From positions 8,433 to 72,432 of the forward strand of contig JAKSTT010000001.1 in NCBI GenBank assembly GCA_024413635.1: a stretch of 64,000 bases of DNA, in the 5' to 3' direction. This document shows, piece by piece, positions 47,148-54,890 of the stretch. Under the pieces are notes generated by a model. It did not search any database. It saw only the letters and a list, made by a program, of their open reading frames with translations, and had not been told where the DNA came from. Source of the stretch: Treponemataceae bacterium (GTDB taxonomy: Bacteria > Spirochaetota > Spirochaetia > Treponematales > Treponemataceae). How positions within the stretch are numbered: the stretch's first letter is position 1; each line of letters begins with the position of its first letter. Made by a program: the position numbers and the translations under genes.

Positions 47148-47993
47148 TTATGCACCAAGGATAAAGGTGGTAACTGATTTCAGGTTCAGTTTGGTTCCTG
47201 CAGCTTTACCAACTTCTTCCATTTTCTTAGATACAGATACTTTATCGTCTTTAACGAATGGCTGATCCAGGAAACAGATGTCTGCCAGGTGTTTGTTGAT
47301 TTTACCGTTCAGGATGCCCTGTTTTACGTTTTCTGGTTTAGAAGCAACTTTTTCATCGTTGTTCATCTGAGCCATGAATACTTCTTTCTGTTCGTTGATG
47401 TAAGCTTCGCTAACATCTTCGCGGCGAATGAAAGCAGGGGTGAATGCAGCTACGTGCAGACAGCAGTCGTAAGCAAATGCTTTAACGTCAGCGTTGTCAA
47501 CAGCACCGTCAGCTTCAATCAGGGTCATAACACCGGTTTTACCGTCTGAGTGAATGTATTTTGCAAATACGCAGTTAGCTGGTACATCAATAACAGCAAT
47601 GCGGCGTACGCTCATGTTTTCACGGATTTCGGTAGCCAGGTCGAGCATCATGTTAGACAGAGCTTCGTTAACTTCGGTATAACCTTTAGCCAGAGCTTCT
47701 GCACAGATAGCTTCACCAAGAGCGATGAATTTTTCGTTTTTAGCTACGAAGTCGGTTTCACAGGTCAGTTCAGCCATAACAGCTTTTCCGCCTTCCTGTT
47801 TAACGAATACGCGACCTTCTTTAGTTGCACGTTCAGCACGTTTAGCAACTGCAGCCAGACCTTTTTCTTTCAGCAGTTTTGCTGCTGCTTCTGCATCACC
47901 GTTGCATTCTACCAGTGCTTTTTTGCATTCCATCATACCAGCGCCGGTAGCTTCACGGAGAGCTTTTACTTCTGCGGCTTTAATTTCTGCCAT
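47148..47993 (-). CDS. tsf: Elongation factor Ts
   Basis: VKALREATGAGMMECKKAL UBA-like N-terminus. Confidence 0.95.
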   Translation of the reverse strand: MAEIKAAEVKALREATGAGMMECKKALVECNGDAEAAAKLLKEKGLAAVAKRAERATKEGRVFVKQEGGKAVMAELTCETDFVAKNEKFIALGEAICAEALAKGYTEVNEALSNMMLDLATEIRENMSVRRIAVIDVPANCVFAKYIHSDGKTGVMTLIEADGAVDNADVKAFAYDCCLHVAAFTPAFIRREDVSEAYINEQKEVFMAQMNNDEKVASKPENVKQGILNGKINKHLADICFLDQPFVKDDKVSVSKKMEEVGKAAGTKLNLKSVTTFILGA

Positions 47994-48004
47994 TGTAGTA
48001 TCCC

Positions 48005-48865
48005 TTATTTGTAAAGTTTGTCTTCATCAACCAGGTCATCATCATCAGAAGTTTCTTCTTCTTTTGGCTCGGTTGGGGTGTAGTTGCTGTAATCAACGAT
48101 TTCTTCATCTTTGTCTTTCAGAGATGCATCGCCCATTACTTCGTCATCTTCGTCCTGGAGACCTTCGATGATTTTCAGACCGGTTTCGTTGTCAGCTTCA
48201 ATTACTGCATTAGCAATGATTGAGGTGAACAGGCTGATAGCGCGGATAGCGTCATCGTTACCGGGGATAGGATAGTCGATTCCTTCTGGGTTACAGTTGG
48301 TATCTACTACTGCAACAATCGGGATACCCATGCGGCGGGCTTCTGCAACTGCAATAGCTTCTTTGTGGGTGTCAATAATGAATACGATGCCAGGCAGCTC
48401 TTTCATTTCCTTGATACCACCAAGGTTTTTCTCGAGTTTTGCCTTTTCTTTCTGCATCTGGGCAATTTCTTTTTTGGTGAGGTTTTCGTAAGTACCATCT
48501 ACTTCCATTTTCTCAAGTTTCTTGAGGCGGAGAAGTGATTTTTTGATGGTAGAGAAGTTGGTAAGCATACCGCCAAGCCAGCGGTTGTTTACGTAGTACA
48601 TGCCACAGCGTTCTGCTTCTTTAGCAATGGCCTGCTGTGCCTGTTTTTTAGTACCTACGAACAGTACGGTTTTACCTGCAGCTGCTACTTTGCGAACAGC
48701 ATCGTAAGCGTCTTTGATAGCTACGATAGTTTTCTGCAGATCGATAATGTGAATCCCGTTGCGTTCTGCGAAGATGTATTTCTTCATGCGGGGATCCCAG
48801 CGCTTAACCTGGTGACCGAAGTGTACACCTGATTCAAGCAGACTTTTCATGGTTACAACTGCCAT
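48005..48865 (-). CDS. rpsB: 30S ribosomal protein S2
   Basis: [27 protein letters not shown]. Start trimmed to ATG 48865 after AAGGAG. Acidic C-terminal extension. Confidence 0.95.
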   Translation of the reverse strand: MAVVTMKSLLESGVHFGHQVKRWDPRMKKYIFAERNGIHIIDLQKTIVAIKDAYDAVRKVAAAGKTVLFVGTKKQAQQAIAKEAERCGMYYVNNRWLGGMLTNFSTIKKSLLRLKKLEKMEVDGTYENLTKKEIAQMQKEKAKLEKNLGGIKEMKELPGIVFIIDTHKEAIAVAEARRMGIPIVAVVDTNCNPEGIDYPIPGNDDAIRAISLFTSIIANAVIEADNETGLKIIEGLQDEDDEVMGDASLKDKDEEIVDYSNYTPTEPKEEETSDDDDLVDEDKLYK

Positions 48866-49016
48866 GAGTTTCTCCTTCATCGAAAGACATTTTAATAACG
48901 GCCGGAATGAGTATTCCGGAGTCCGCTGTCTTTCACCTGACTCTTTTTCACGATAGCCTTGCGCAACGGAGCGTTACGTTCAGCATACGGAAGATATTTA
49001 ATGAAGCTACGCTTCA

Positions 49017-49619
49017 TTACTGCAAGCAATCCAATACCGGATACTGCAGTTGCTTGAGTATGTCATAAAGTTCAGAAATAGGCAAGCCTATAATGCCGCT
49101 GTAGCTGCCGTTTATGCCGGAAACAAAACGGGAAAATGATTCCTGTATACGGTAGGCTCCGGCTACTCCCTGCCATTCGTCCGTATCAAGGTACCAGTTG
49201 ATTTCTGCTTCTGTCATGGGTTTGACGGTAACATCACTGGGAACGGTCAGGGAAACCAGGGTTCCGTCAGTGCGGTGGAGCAGTGCAATACCGGTTACCA
49301 CCTGGTGGGTATGACCGGCAAACGCTTTCAGGAATGTGTAAGCTTCATTCCGGTCCTTCGGCTTGCCGATGCAGGTTTCCTGGAACACGATGGCTGTGTC
49401 GGCTCCAAGAATCCAGGCTTCTTCCGTATCCGCAGGAAGGGTAGCGGCAAGGCTTTCAACCTTCATGCGGGCAAAGTATTCAGGTATCAGGCCGGCTTTC
49501 ATGCCTTCCGGTTGTATTTCCTCATAGGGAGAAGGGCGTACGGTAAAGGGAATGTGTAAGTCCGTCAGGATATCTTTTCTTCTGGGTGAGTTGGATGCAA
49601 GGATGATGGTGTTCTTCAT
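49017..49619 (-). CDS. maf: Maf-family nucleoside triphosphate pyrophosphatase (septum formation protein Maf)
   Basis: IILASNSPRRKDIL, GADT and GAYRIQ motifs. Start trimmed to ATG 49619 because the longer ORF would cover the tRNA promoter. Confidence 0.85.
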   Translation of the reverse strand: MKNTIILASNSPRRKDILTDLHIPFTVRPSPYEEIQPEGMKAGLIPEYFARMKVESLAATLPADTEEAWILGADTAIVFQETCIGKPKDRNEAYTFLKAFAGHTHQVVTGIALLHRTDGTLVSLTVPSDVTVKPMTEAEINWYLDTDEWQGVAGAYRIQESFSRFVSGINGSYSGIIGLPISELYDILKQLQYPVLDCLQ

Positions 49620-49620
49620 G

Positions 49621-49649
49621 TTGACAAATGTGGTCTTTCTGACTATGCT
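49621..49649 (+). promoter_or_regulatory. sigma70-type promoter for tRNA-Arg
   Basis: TTGACA-N17-TATGCT, ending 12 nt before the tRNA 5' end. Confidence 0.65.
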
Positions 49650-49661
49650 CAAATTTAGTTT

Positions 49662-49735
49662 GAGAGATTAGCTCATTTGGATAGAGCGTCGCCCTCCGGA
49701 GGCGAAGGTGGCAGGTTCGAATCCTGTATCTCTCG
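49662..49735 (+). tRNA. tRNA-Arg (anticodon CCG)
   Basis: Hand-folded cloverleaf. Acceptor gagagat/atctctc. D arm gctc-atttggata-gagc. Anticodon arm tcgcc-CTCCGGA-ggcga. 5-nt variable loop. T arm gcagg-ttcgaat-cctgt. Discriminator G. CCA not encoded. Confidence 0.9.
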
Positions 49736-49747
49736 CGTATGGCAAAT

Positions 49748-49781
49748 AAAAAAGGCTGTCAGGAATCTGGCAGCCTTTTTT
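49748..49781. terminator. Bidirectional rho-independent terminator (tRNA-Arg / HEAT-repeat gene)
   Basis: A6-ggctgtcag-gaat-ctggcagcc-T6, a 9-bp stem with one G-U pair. Confidence 0.7.
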
Positions 49782-49796
49782 GTTCTGTAACCGGAA

Positions 49797-50492
49797 TCAG
49801 TGTTTTACGCCGGTATACTGTCTCAGCAGTTCTTTTGCCTTGTCACGTACCGGGGTTACGTAGGTATAGTTTACGGCAATCTTTGAAATTGACTGAATCA
49901 TCTGTGAACGGTCATCAAGTGATGGTGCCAGTTTTTCGTAGGCATTCAGGACTTCAAAGGCCATGGAGCTGGTTGGGTTCAGTACGGAGAATTTGCGTTC
50001 AATCCAGGCGATGGTATTTACGGCTGAATCAGCTTCTTCAGAACTGATGTTTCCCAGTGAGCGGATAGCTGCAGTGGTAACCATGGGTTCGTTATCAGCC
50101 AGGGCAATTTTTTCCAGCTGTGCTTTTGCTTCAGGGGTATTCAGTTCTCCCAGAAGGTCGCAGGCTTTTGCACGGATGTCAGGAAAGTTATTTACCAGAC
50201 GGCCGTTGGTACGGCTCTGGGAAACAATACCTTCTCCCGAAAGGGTGCACAGTGCAGTCTGGATTTCAGTAATATCGCGGCCGTCAAGTCCACGACCTAC
50301 GGCATCTTCAATGTACTGCAGTGCCAGCATTTTGTTGTCATATTCATCAGAAGCAGTCAGTTCTGCAATGATGATGTCTTCAAAACTGGCCAGGTAATCC
50401 TCTTCTGCTGTTTTTTCAGTTCTGTTCTGTGCAGAAAGAGCTACAGCGGTGCAGATACAGAGCAGGACTGCCATATATCTCTTCAGTTTCAT
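49797..50492 (-). CDS. Secreted HEAT-repeat protein
   Basis: Signal peptide LLCICTAVALSAQ. HEAT/PBS-lyase-like units (DIRAKACDLLGELNTPEAKAQLEKIALADNEPMVTTAAIRSLGNI). Confidence 0.6.
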   Translation of the reverse strand: MKLKRYMAVLLCICTAVALSAQNRTEKTAEEDYLASFEDIIIAELTASDEYDNKMLALQYIEDAVGRGLDGRDITEIQTALCTLSGEGIVSQSRTNGRLVNNFPDIRAKACDLLGELNTPEAKAQLEKIALADNEPMVTTAAIRSLGNISSEEADSAVNTIAWIERKFSVLNPTSSMAFEVLNAYEKLAPSLDDRSQMIQSISKIAVNYTYVTPVRDKAKELLRQYTGVKH

Positions 50493-50592
50493 CTTCCCTC
50501 CGATGTAAATCTGTGTTTACACGAAAATAGTATAAGTCACAGTACAGTATCGGCAGAAATGCCGCATTTCTATACCGGATCTTTTTCAAAAA

Positions 50593-51240
50593 TTACTGGT
50601 CGTCCGTGTCCAGGTGCAGTACCCAGGTGTCACCGGAACGTTCAAACATGTACGTGGTAATGTCTTCATCGTCTTTATATTGGACTGCTTTTACCAGGTC
50701 ATGGGTAACGTAACGGATTTCATCAATGACACGTCCCTTGCGGGCTGGGATGAAGAATTTTTCAAAGTAATCCTTCAGGCTGTTCAGTTTGACTCTGCCG
50801 CCACCAGGCAGTTTTCCTGAAAGGGTAGACAGGTTCTTTGCATCCGACCAGTATGACCGTGATTCATCACTGAGATACTTTGTCCATGCCGGGAAATCCC
50901 TTTTCCGCATGATCTGTTCAAGGTCTTCAATGATTGAAAGAATTTCATGCTTGTCGTCTACAAAGGTTTCTGCACTGATTTCTGAGGCATCCAGTTCACC
51001 CAGAGAACGTTCGTATTCATCCTGACTTTCATCAACGATGATTAACTCCGGTTCATCCATCAATTCGTCTTCATAGATATCTTCTTCGATATCTTCTTCA
51101 GCCACAGGGGCGGGGATATGCTCGGTTTCTACGGTCGCAGTTTCCTGGACAGGTTCGTCCTGTGGTGCCGGCTGTTTGGTTGCACAGCCTGCGATCATGA
51201 GGAGAAGCGCGAACATTGAAATAAGTCTTAAAGTTTTCAC
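50593..51240 (-). CDS. Hypothetical lipoprotein with acidic linker
   Basis: GTG 51240 gives VKTLRLISMFALLLMIAGC (lipobox). The longer ORF-track start adds an implausible hydrophobic/aromatic extension. Confidence 0.55.
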   Translation of the reverse strand: MKTLRLISMFALLLMIAGCATKQPAPQDEPVQETATVETEHIPAPVAEEDIEEDIYEDELMDEPELIIVDESQDEYERSLGELDASEISAETFVDDKHEILSIIEDLEQIMRKRDFPAWTKYLSDESRSYWSDAKNLSTLSGKLPGGGRVKLNSLKDYFEKFFIPARKGRVIDEIRYVTHDLVKAVQYKDDEDITTYMFERSGDTWVLHLDTDDQ

Positions 51241-51339
51241 GTAGTACACCTTAATCCAAAGAACTCCGTTCGTCAAATAAAAGTACCGGTACAGAATCCA
51301 AGTATTGAATATTGAGAAAAAAAGGTATATTTTCACTAC

Positions 51340-52467
51340 GTGCTTTTTAGATATACTCAAGATTCAAAGGGCAGACCGGTCAAGACGGCTGTCATTTACA
51401 CCAAAGAAGAACATTGCATAGACAATACTAAAATAGATTCTGACGCCCTGAAGATTATTACCCAGCTGCGGAGTTTCGGCTTTTCGGCATATCTGGTTGG
51501 CGGGGCAGTCCGTGACCTTCTGGTAGGCAATAAACCGAAAGACTTTGATATAGTAACCAATGCAACTCCTTCACGAATCAAGAAGATTTTCCGCAATTCA
51601 CGCATTATCGGGCGCCGTTTTCGTCTGGTGCATGTCTTTTTCGGCTCTACCATTTATGAAGTAAGCACCTTCCGTTCCATTTCTGACGGAACCGTGGGAA
51701 ACAATTTCGGAACAATAGAAGAAGACGTACAGCGCCGTGACTTTACCCTCAATGCACTGTATTACGACCCCATCAAGGAACAGGTCATCGACTACGTCGG
51801 TGGCGTCCGCGACATCCGTAAAGGGATCATCCGTCCGGTCATTCCGCTGGATACCATTTTTGTTGAAGATCCCGTACGCATGATCCGCGCGGTCAAATAT
51901 ACGGCTACAACCCATTTCAAGATGCCGTATTCCCTGCGCCATAAGATTACCAAGTCTGCGCACCTGCTTTCTCCGGTGTCACCTTCACGGCTTACCGAAG
52001 AACTGCTGAAAATCGTCAATTCTTCACATGCCTATGAAATTGTCCGCCTCTGTATGGAAACAGACGTATACATGTACCTGCAGCCGGCTGCAACGGGCAT
52101 GATGTACTCAAATCCAGATTTCCGTGATTCATACCTGAACCACCTGAAAGAGCTGGATGCCCTGAATGCTTCCGGTGCAGACGTCCGCCTGGGACAGAAA
52201 CTGTATTACCTGATTTATGATTTCATTGCCTGTCTTACTGACTGGGAAGCAGAATCCGTAAGTTCTGCCACCGGCGACCTGTACACGAAAACCTGGACCC
52301 AGTGCCGTAACTTCGTACTGCCCATGAATCCGCAGCGGACTGAACTGGAATATGCCATCAAAGCAGTGCTGAAAGACCTGGGCATTACCATCCGTATCCC
52401 GAAAGATGCCGTTGGCGGCAAGCGCAGACGGTTCGGTTTCCGCAAAAAGAGTGAATCTGAAAACTGA
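51340..52467 (+). CDS. Poly(A) polymerase / tRNA nucleotidyltransferase family protein (PcnB-like)
   Basis: YLVGGAVRDLLVGNKPKDFDIVTNATP class-II nucleotidyltransferase head, RDFTLNALYYD, and a basic C-terminal tail. GTG start, with no in-frame ATG nearby. Confidence 0.75.
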   Translation: MLFRYTQDSKGRPVKTAVIYTKEEHCIDNTKIDSDALKIITQLRSFGFSAYLVGGAVRDLLVGNKPKDFDIVTNATPSRIKKIFRNSRIIGRRFRLVHVFFGSTIYEVSTFRSISDGTVGNNFGTIEEDVQRRDFTLNALYYDPIKEQVIDYVGGVRDIRKGIIRPVIPLDTIFVEDPVRMIRAVKYTATTHFKMPYSLRHKITKSAHLLSPVSPSRLTEELLKIVNSSHAYEIVRLCMETDVYMYLQPAATGMMYSNPDFRDSYLNHLKELDALNASGADVRLGQKLYYLIYDFIACLTDWEAESVSSATGDLYTKTWTQCRNFVLPMNPQRTELEYAIKAVLKDLGITIRIPKDAVGGKRRRFGFRKKSESEN

Positions 52468-52488
52468 GGGAACTGACCGGTAACGGTA

Positions 52489-53346
52489 TCAGGTCATCAT
52501 GATTTTATCGATGATGATACTGACTTCTTCAATGAGGATACCGGTATATTTTTCGATGTTGTCGATGATGTATTTCTGCAGGTTGTGGATTGTTCCGGTC
52601 AACTGAGTGCCAAAGGGGACATCGATGGTGATGACGATGCGGTATCCCTGGGCATCCGTCTTGATGGACATTTTCTTTACCCGGATCTGGCTGTCATGTT
52701 CACTGACGCAGTGCAGGACCATCTGGGAAAGGGCTGCTTCTGAAATGGTAACCCGGCCTTTCTGGCTGAACTCCGGACGTACTACTGATTTTTCAAATAC
52801 TTTTCCGCTTTTTTTGTTCTTGCGGCTCAGGAATACCTGTACTTTGTTGTAGAAAATCTGAGGATAATTCTGCTGGATTTCGATGGCCGGTACCGGAATG
52901 ACATGTTTGCCTTCAATGCGGCGGGAACGGATAGCCTGATCAATTTCATCCTGCGTAGAAATATCTTCAATGCGGATGATTTTTGAAGGGGCTGGAATCT
53001 GCAGACGCATGGCAATTTTATTGACCATTTTTTCTGAAGTTCCCAGAATGAGGATTTTTTTGATGTCCTTTGCTTTTTTCAGCGCACGGGCAATTTCATC
53101 ACGATGTTCCTTGTCATCAAAAAGGGCAATGCGGACTGCTCCCAGAAAGGTCTTTTCTTTTTTTGCCGAGCGTCCGGCGACAATCTTGTCATCCTGAATG
53201 AGAAGTCCATCATCAATTATGGCGTCAATGGCATATTTCTGAGCCAGAAGCTTGGCACGGAAACTTTTTCCCGTACCGCTTTCGCCAACCAGTGCCATGA
53301 CAGAAACACCCTTTAATTTCCAAACAATATCTTTTACCAGGTTCAT
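52489..53346 (-). CDS. P-loop NTPase domain fused to Asp23/Gls24-like domain
   Basis: Walker A VGESGTGKS, followed by AIIDDGLLI. The C-terminal ~100 aa (VTISEAALSQMVLHCV...IVITIDVPFGTQL...NLQKYIIDNIEKYTGILIEEVSIIIDKI) resemble the Asp23 family. Confidence 0.55.
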   Translation of the reverse strand: MNLVKDIVWKLKGVSVMALVGESGTGKSFRAKLLAQKYAIDAIIDDGLLIQDDKIVAGRSAKKEKTFLGAVRIALFDDKEHRDEIARALKKAKDIKKILILGTSEKMVNKIAMRLQIPAPSKIIRIEDISTQDEIDQAIRSRRIEGKHVIPVPAIEIQQNYPQIFYNKVQVFLSRKNKKSGKVFEKSVVRPEFSQKGRVTISEAALSQMVLHCVSEHDSQIRVKKMSIKTDAQGYRIVITIDVPFGTQLTGTIHNLQKYIIDNIEKYTGILIEEVSIIIDKIMMT

Positions 53347-53348
53347 AC

Positions 53349-54368
53349 TCAGTCCGTAGTTATATTGTAGGGCTGAAGTGTGAAAAAATCAATTTTCTGG
53401 CGGTTTTCTCCATCAAAGTTTGCGGCGATGAACGTCTTGAAGGCCTCTGGAAGGGGAGCCCGGATTTCTTCGGGAATATCAAGACTGGTATCCGGGGGGA
53501 AACTGAGGGTCAGGGCATGGAGGAAGAAATCCTGGGATGCTTTGATTGCCGGTCCTCCATAAGCGGTATCACCCAGCAGAGGGTATCCGTGGGCGGCACA
53601 CTGGCTTCTGATCTGGTGGGTACGGCCGGTGAGGATCCTGATGACGGCAAAGGTTAGGGGATTTCCCTTATGGCTGCCGGTGGCGATGGGGTGTACCATG
53701 GTAATCGATTCTTTTCCTTCAGGTCCTGCGCTTTCAGAAACGGATACGGTATGAAATCCTTTAGGAGTATGGTCATCCTGATCTGCTTTTGTGATGAAGT
53801 CTGTCCAGGTTTCGTCATGGTCAAGGACACCCGAAAGCAGGGCAACGTAGGTTTTAGTAACTTCATGACTCTGGATCAGTTCCGAAAAGGTACGGGCACC
53901 GGTCAGGTTCTGTGAAAAACAGAGTACACCGGTAGTTTTTTTATCCAGACGGTGCAGGGGCCCCGGATTGAATGAAAGGGAATGATCTTCGGGACGGTAA
54001 CGGGTCCGGATAATGTCATCAAGGGACAACTGTCCTTTCTGCGCTTTCTGCACCGGAATGTCATAGGGCTTGTTGATGACCAGCAGCTGGCTGTTGCGGA
54101 AAAGAATCTCAAGTTCCCTTCCATCGTCACCGGGTTCCGTATCCTTTCTGCTGCCATCGGGATGAACGAGGAACTCTGCTACGGATATGACATCATGTTC
54201 CTGAATCCGGTAATTCTGGGCTGTTTTCTTGTCATTGATACGGATCAGACCTTTCCGGATTGCCTTGTACAGTTCTCCTAATTCCGTGTCCGGAAGGAAT
54301 GTGCGGAGTACCCGGTCAAGCCGTCTGTCCCGGTCGTTGGGACCTGTTTCATATTGCAAAAATCGCAT
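53349..54368 (-). CDS. RluA-family pseudouridine synthase with S4-like N-terminal domain (RluD/RluC-like)
   Basis: RLDRVL...IRINDKK S4-like region, HRLDKKTTGVLCF catalytic motif, and GRTHQIRSQCAAHGYPLLGDTAYG. Start trimmed to ATG 54368 (MRFLQYE). Confidence 0.8.
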   Translation of the reverse strand: MRFLQYETGPNDRDRRLDRVLRTFLPDTELGELYKAIRKGLIRINDKKTAQNYRIQEHDVISVAEFLVHPDGSRKDTEPGDDGRELEILFRNSQLLVINKPYDIPVQKAQKGQLSLDDIIRTRYRPEDHSLSFNPGPLHRLDKKTTGVLCFSQNLTGARTFSELIQSHEVTKTYVALLSGVLDHDETWTDFITKADQDDHTPKGFHTVSVSESAGPEGKESITMVHPIATGSHKGNPLTFAVIRILTGRTHQIRSQCAAHGYPLLGDTAYGGPAIKASQDFFLHALTLSFPPDTSLDIPEEIRAPLPEAFKTFIAANFDGENRQKIDFFTLQPYNITTD

Positions 54369-54392
54369 AATCCCTATACTATTTTTAGTATC

Positions 54393-54872
54393 ATGTCCGG
54401 TCAAGCAAGTTTCGATATTCATGAACTGTTAACTAATCCAGTATTTCTCTCGCTCGTTTTCAGCTGGTTTTCGGCACAGTTCATCAAGACATTAATCAGT
54501 CTTCTGACCGGTAAAATCCATTCCATCAGTGAACTGTTCAACAGCCTGATCTGGCGTACCGGCGGCATGCCGTCCAGCCATTCTGCCCTGGTGGTGTCAC
54601 TGGCAACCTCAGTCGGGTACCGGAATGGGTTCAATTCTGACATCTTTCTGCTGGCACTGGCGTTTGCCATGGTAACGGTGCGTGATGCCCTTGGTGTCCG
54701 CCGCTCTACCGGTATTCAGGCCCATGCCATCAACGAAATCGGTGAAAAACTGGCATTAAAGAATCTGTTGGATTTCAGTAGAATTAAAGAAGTACACGGG
54801 CATAAGCCTTTTGAAGTGATTATGGGATGTTTCCTCGGGTTATGTATCGGGGTAGCTTTCTCAGCACTTTGA
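54393..54872 (+). CDS. Divergent PAP2-family (DUF212) membrane protein
   Basis: GGMPSSHSALVVSLAT and VRDALGVRRSTG motifs. Start trimmed to ATG 54393. Confidence 0.8.
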   Translation: MSGQASFDIHELLTNPVFLSLVFSWFSAQFIKTLISLLTGKIHSISELFNSLIWRTGGMPSSHSALVVSLATSVGYRNGFNSDIFLLALAFAMVTVRDALGVRRSTGIQAHAINEIGEKLALKNLLDFSRIKEVHGHKPFEVIMGCFLGLCIGVAFSAL

Positions 54873-54890
54873 TAAACAGTGAATTACTGA

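Noticed and set aside
47550-48171. Two ~150-aa Phe/Ser/Cys-rich + strand ORFs opposite tsf and rpsB
   Set aside because: They are antisense to highly conserved translation genes. This is a compositional artefact.
47071-49781. Shared AAAAAAGGCTGTC sequence in the tsf terminator and the tRNA-Arg terminator
   Set aside because: The match is short and limited to the A-tract plus one stem arm. This is probably coincidental similarity between GC-clamped terminators. I could not establish a repeat family by eye.
49620-49800. tRNA-Arg as a possible integration hotspot or island boundary
   Set aside because: No integrase, no direct repeat of the tRNA 3' end, and no compositional shift nearby. The flanking genes are ordinary chromosomal genes.
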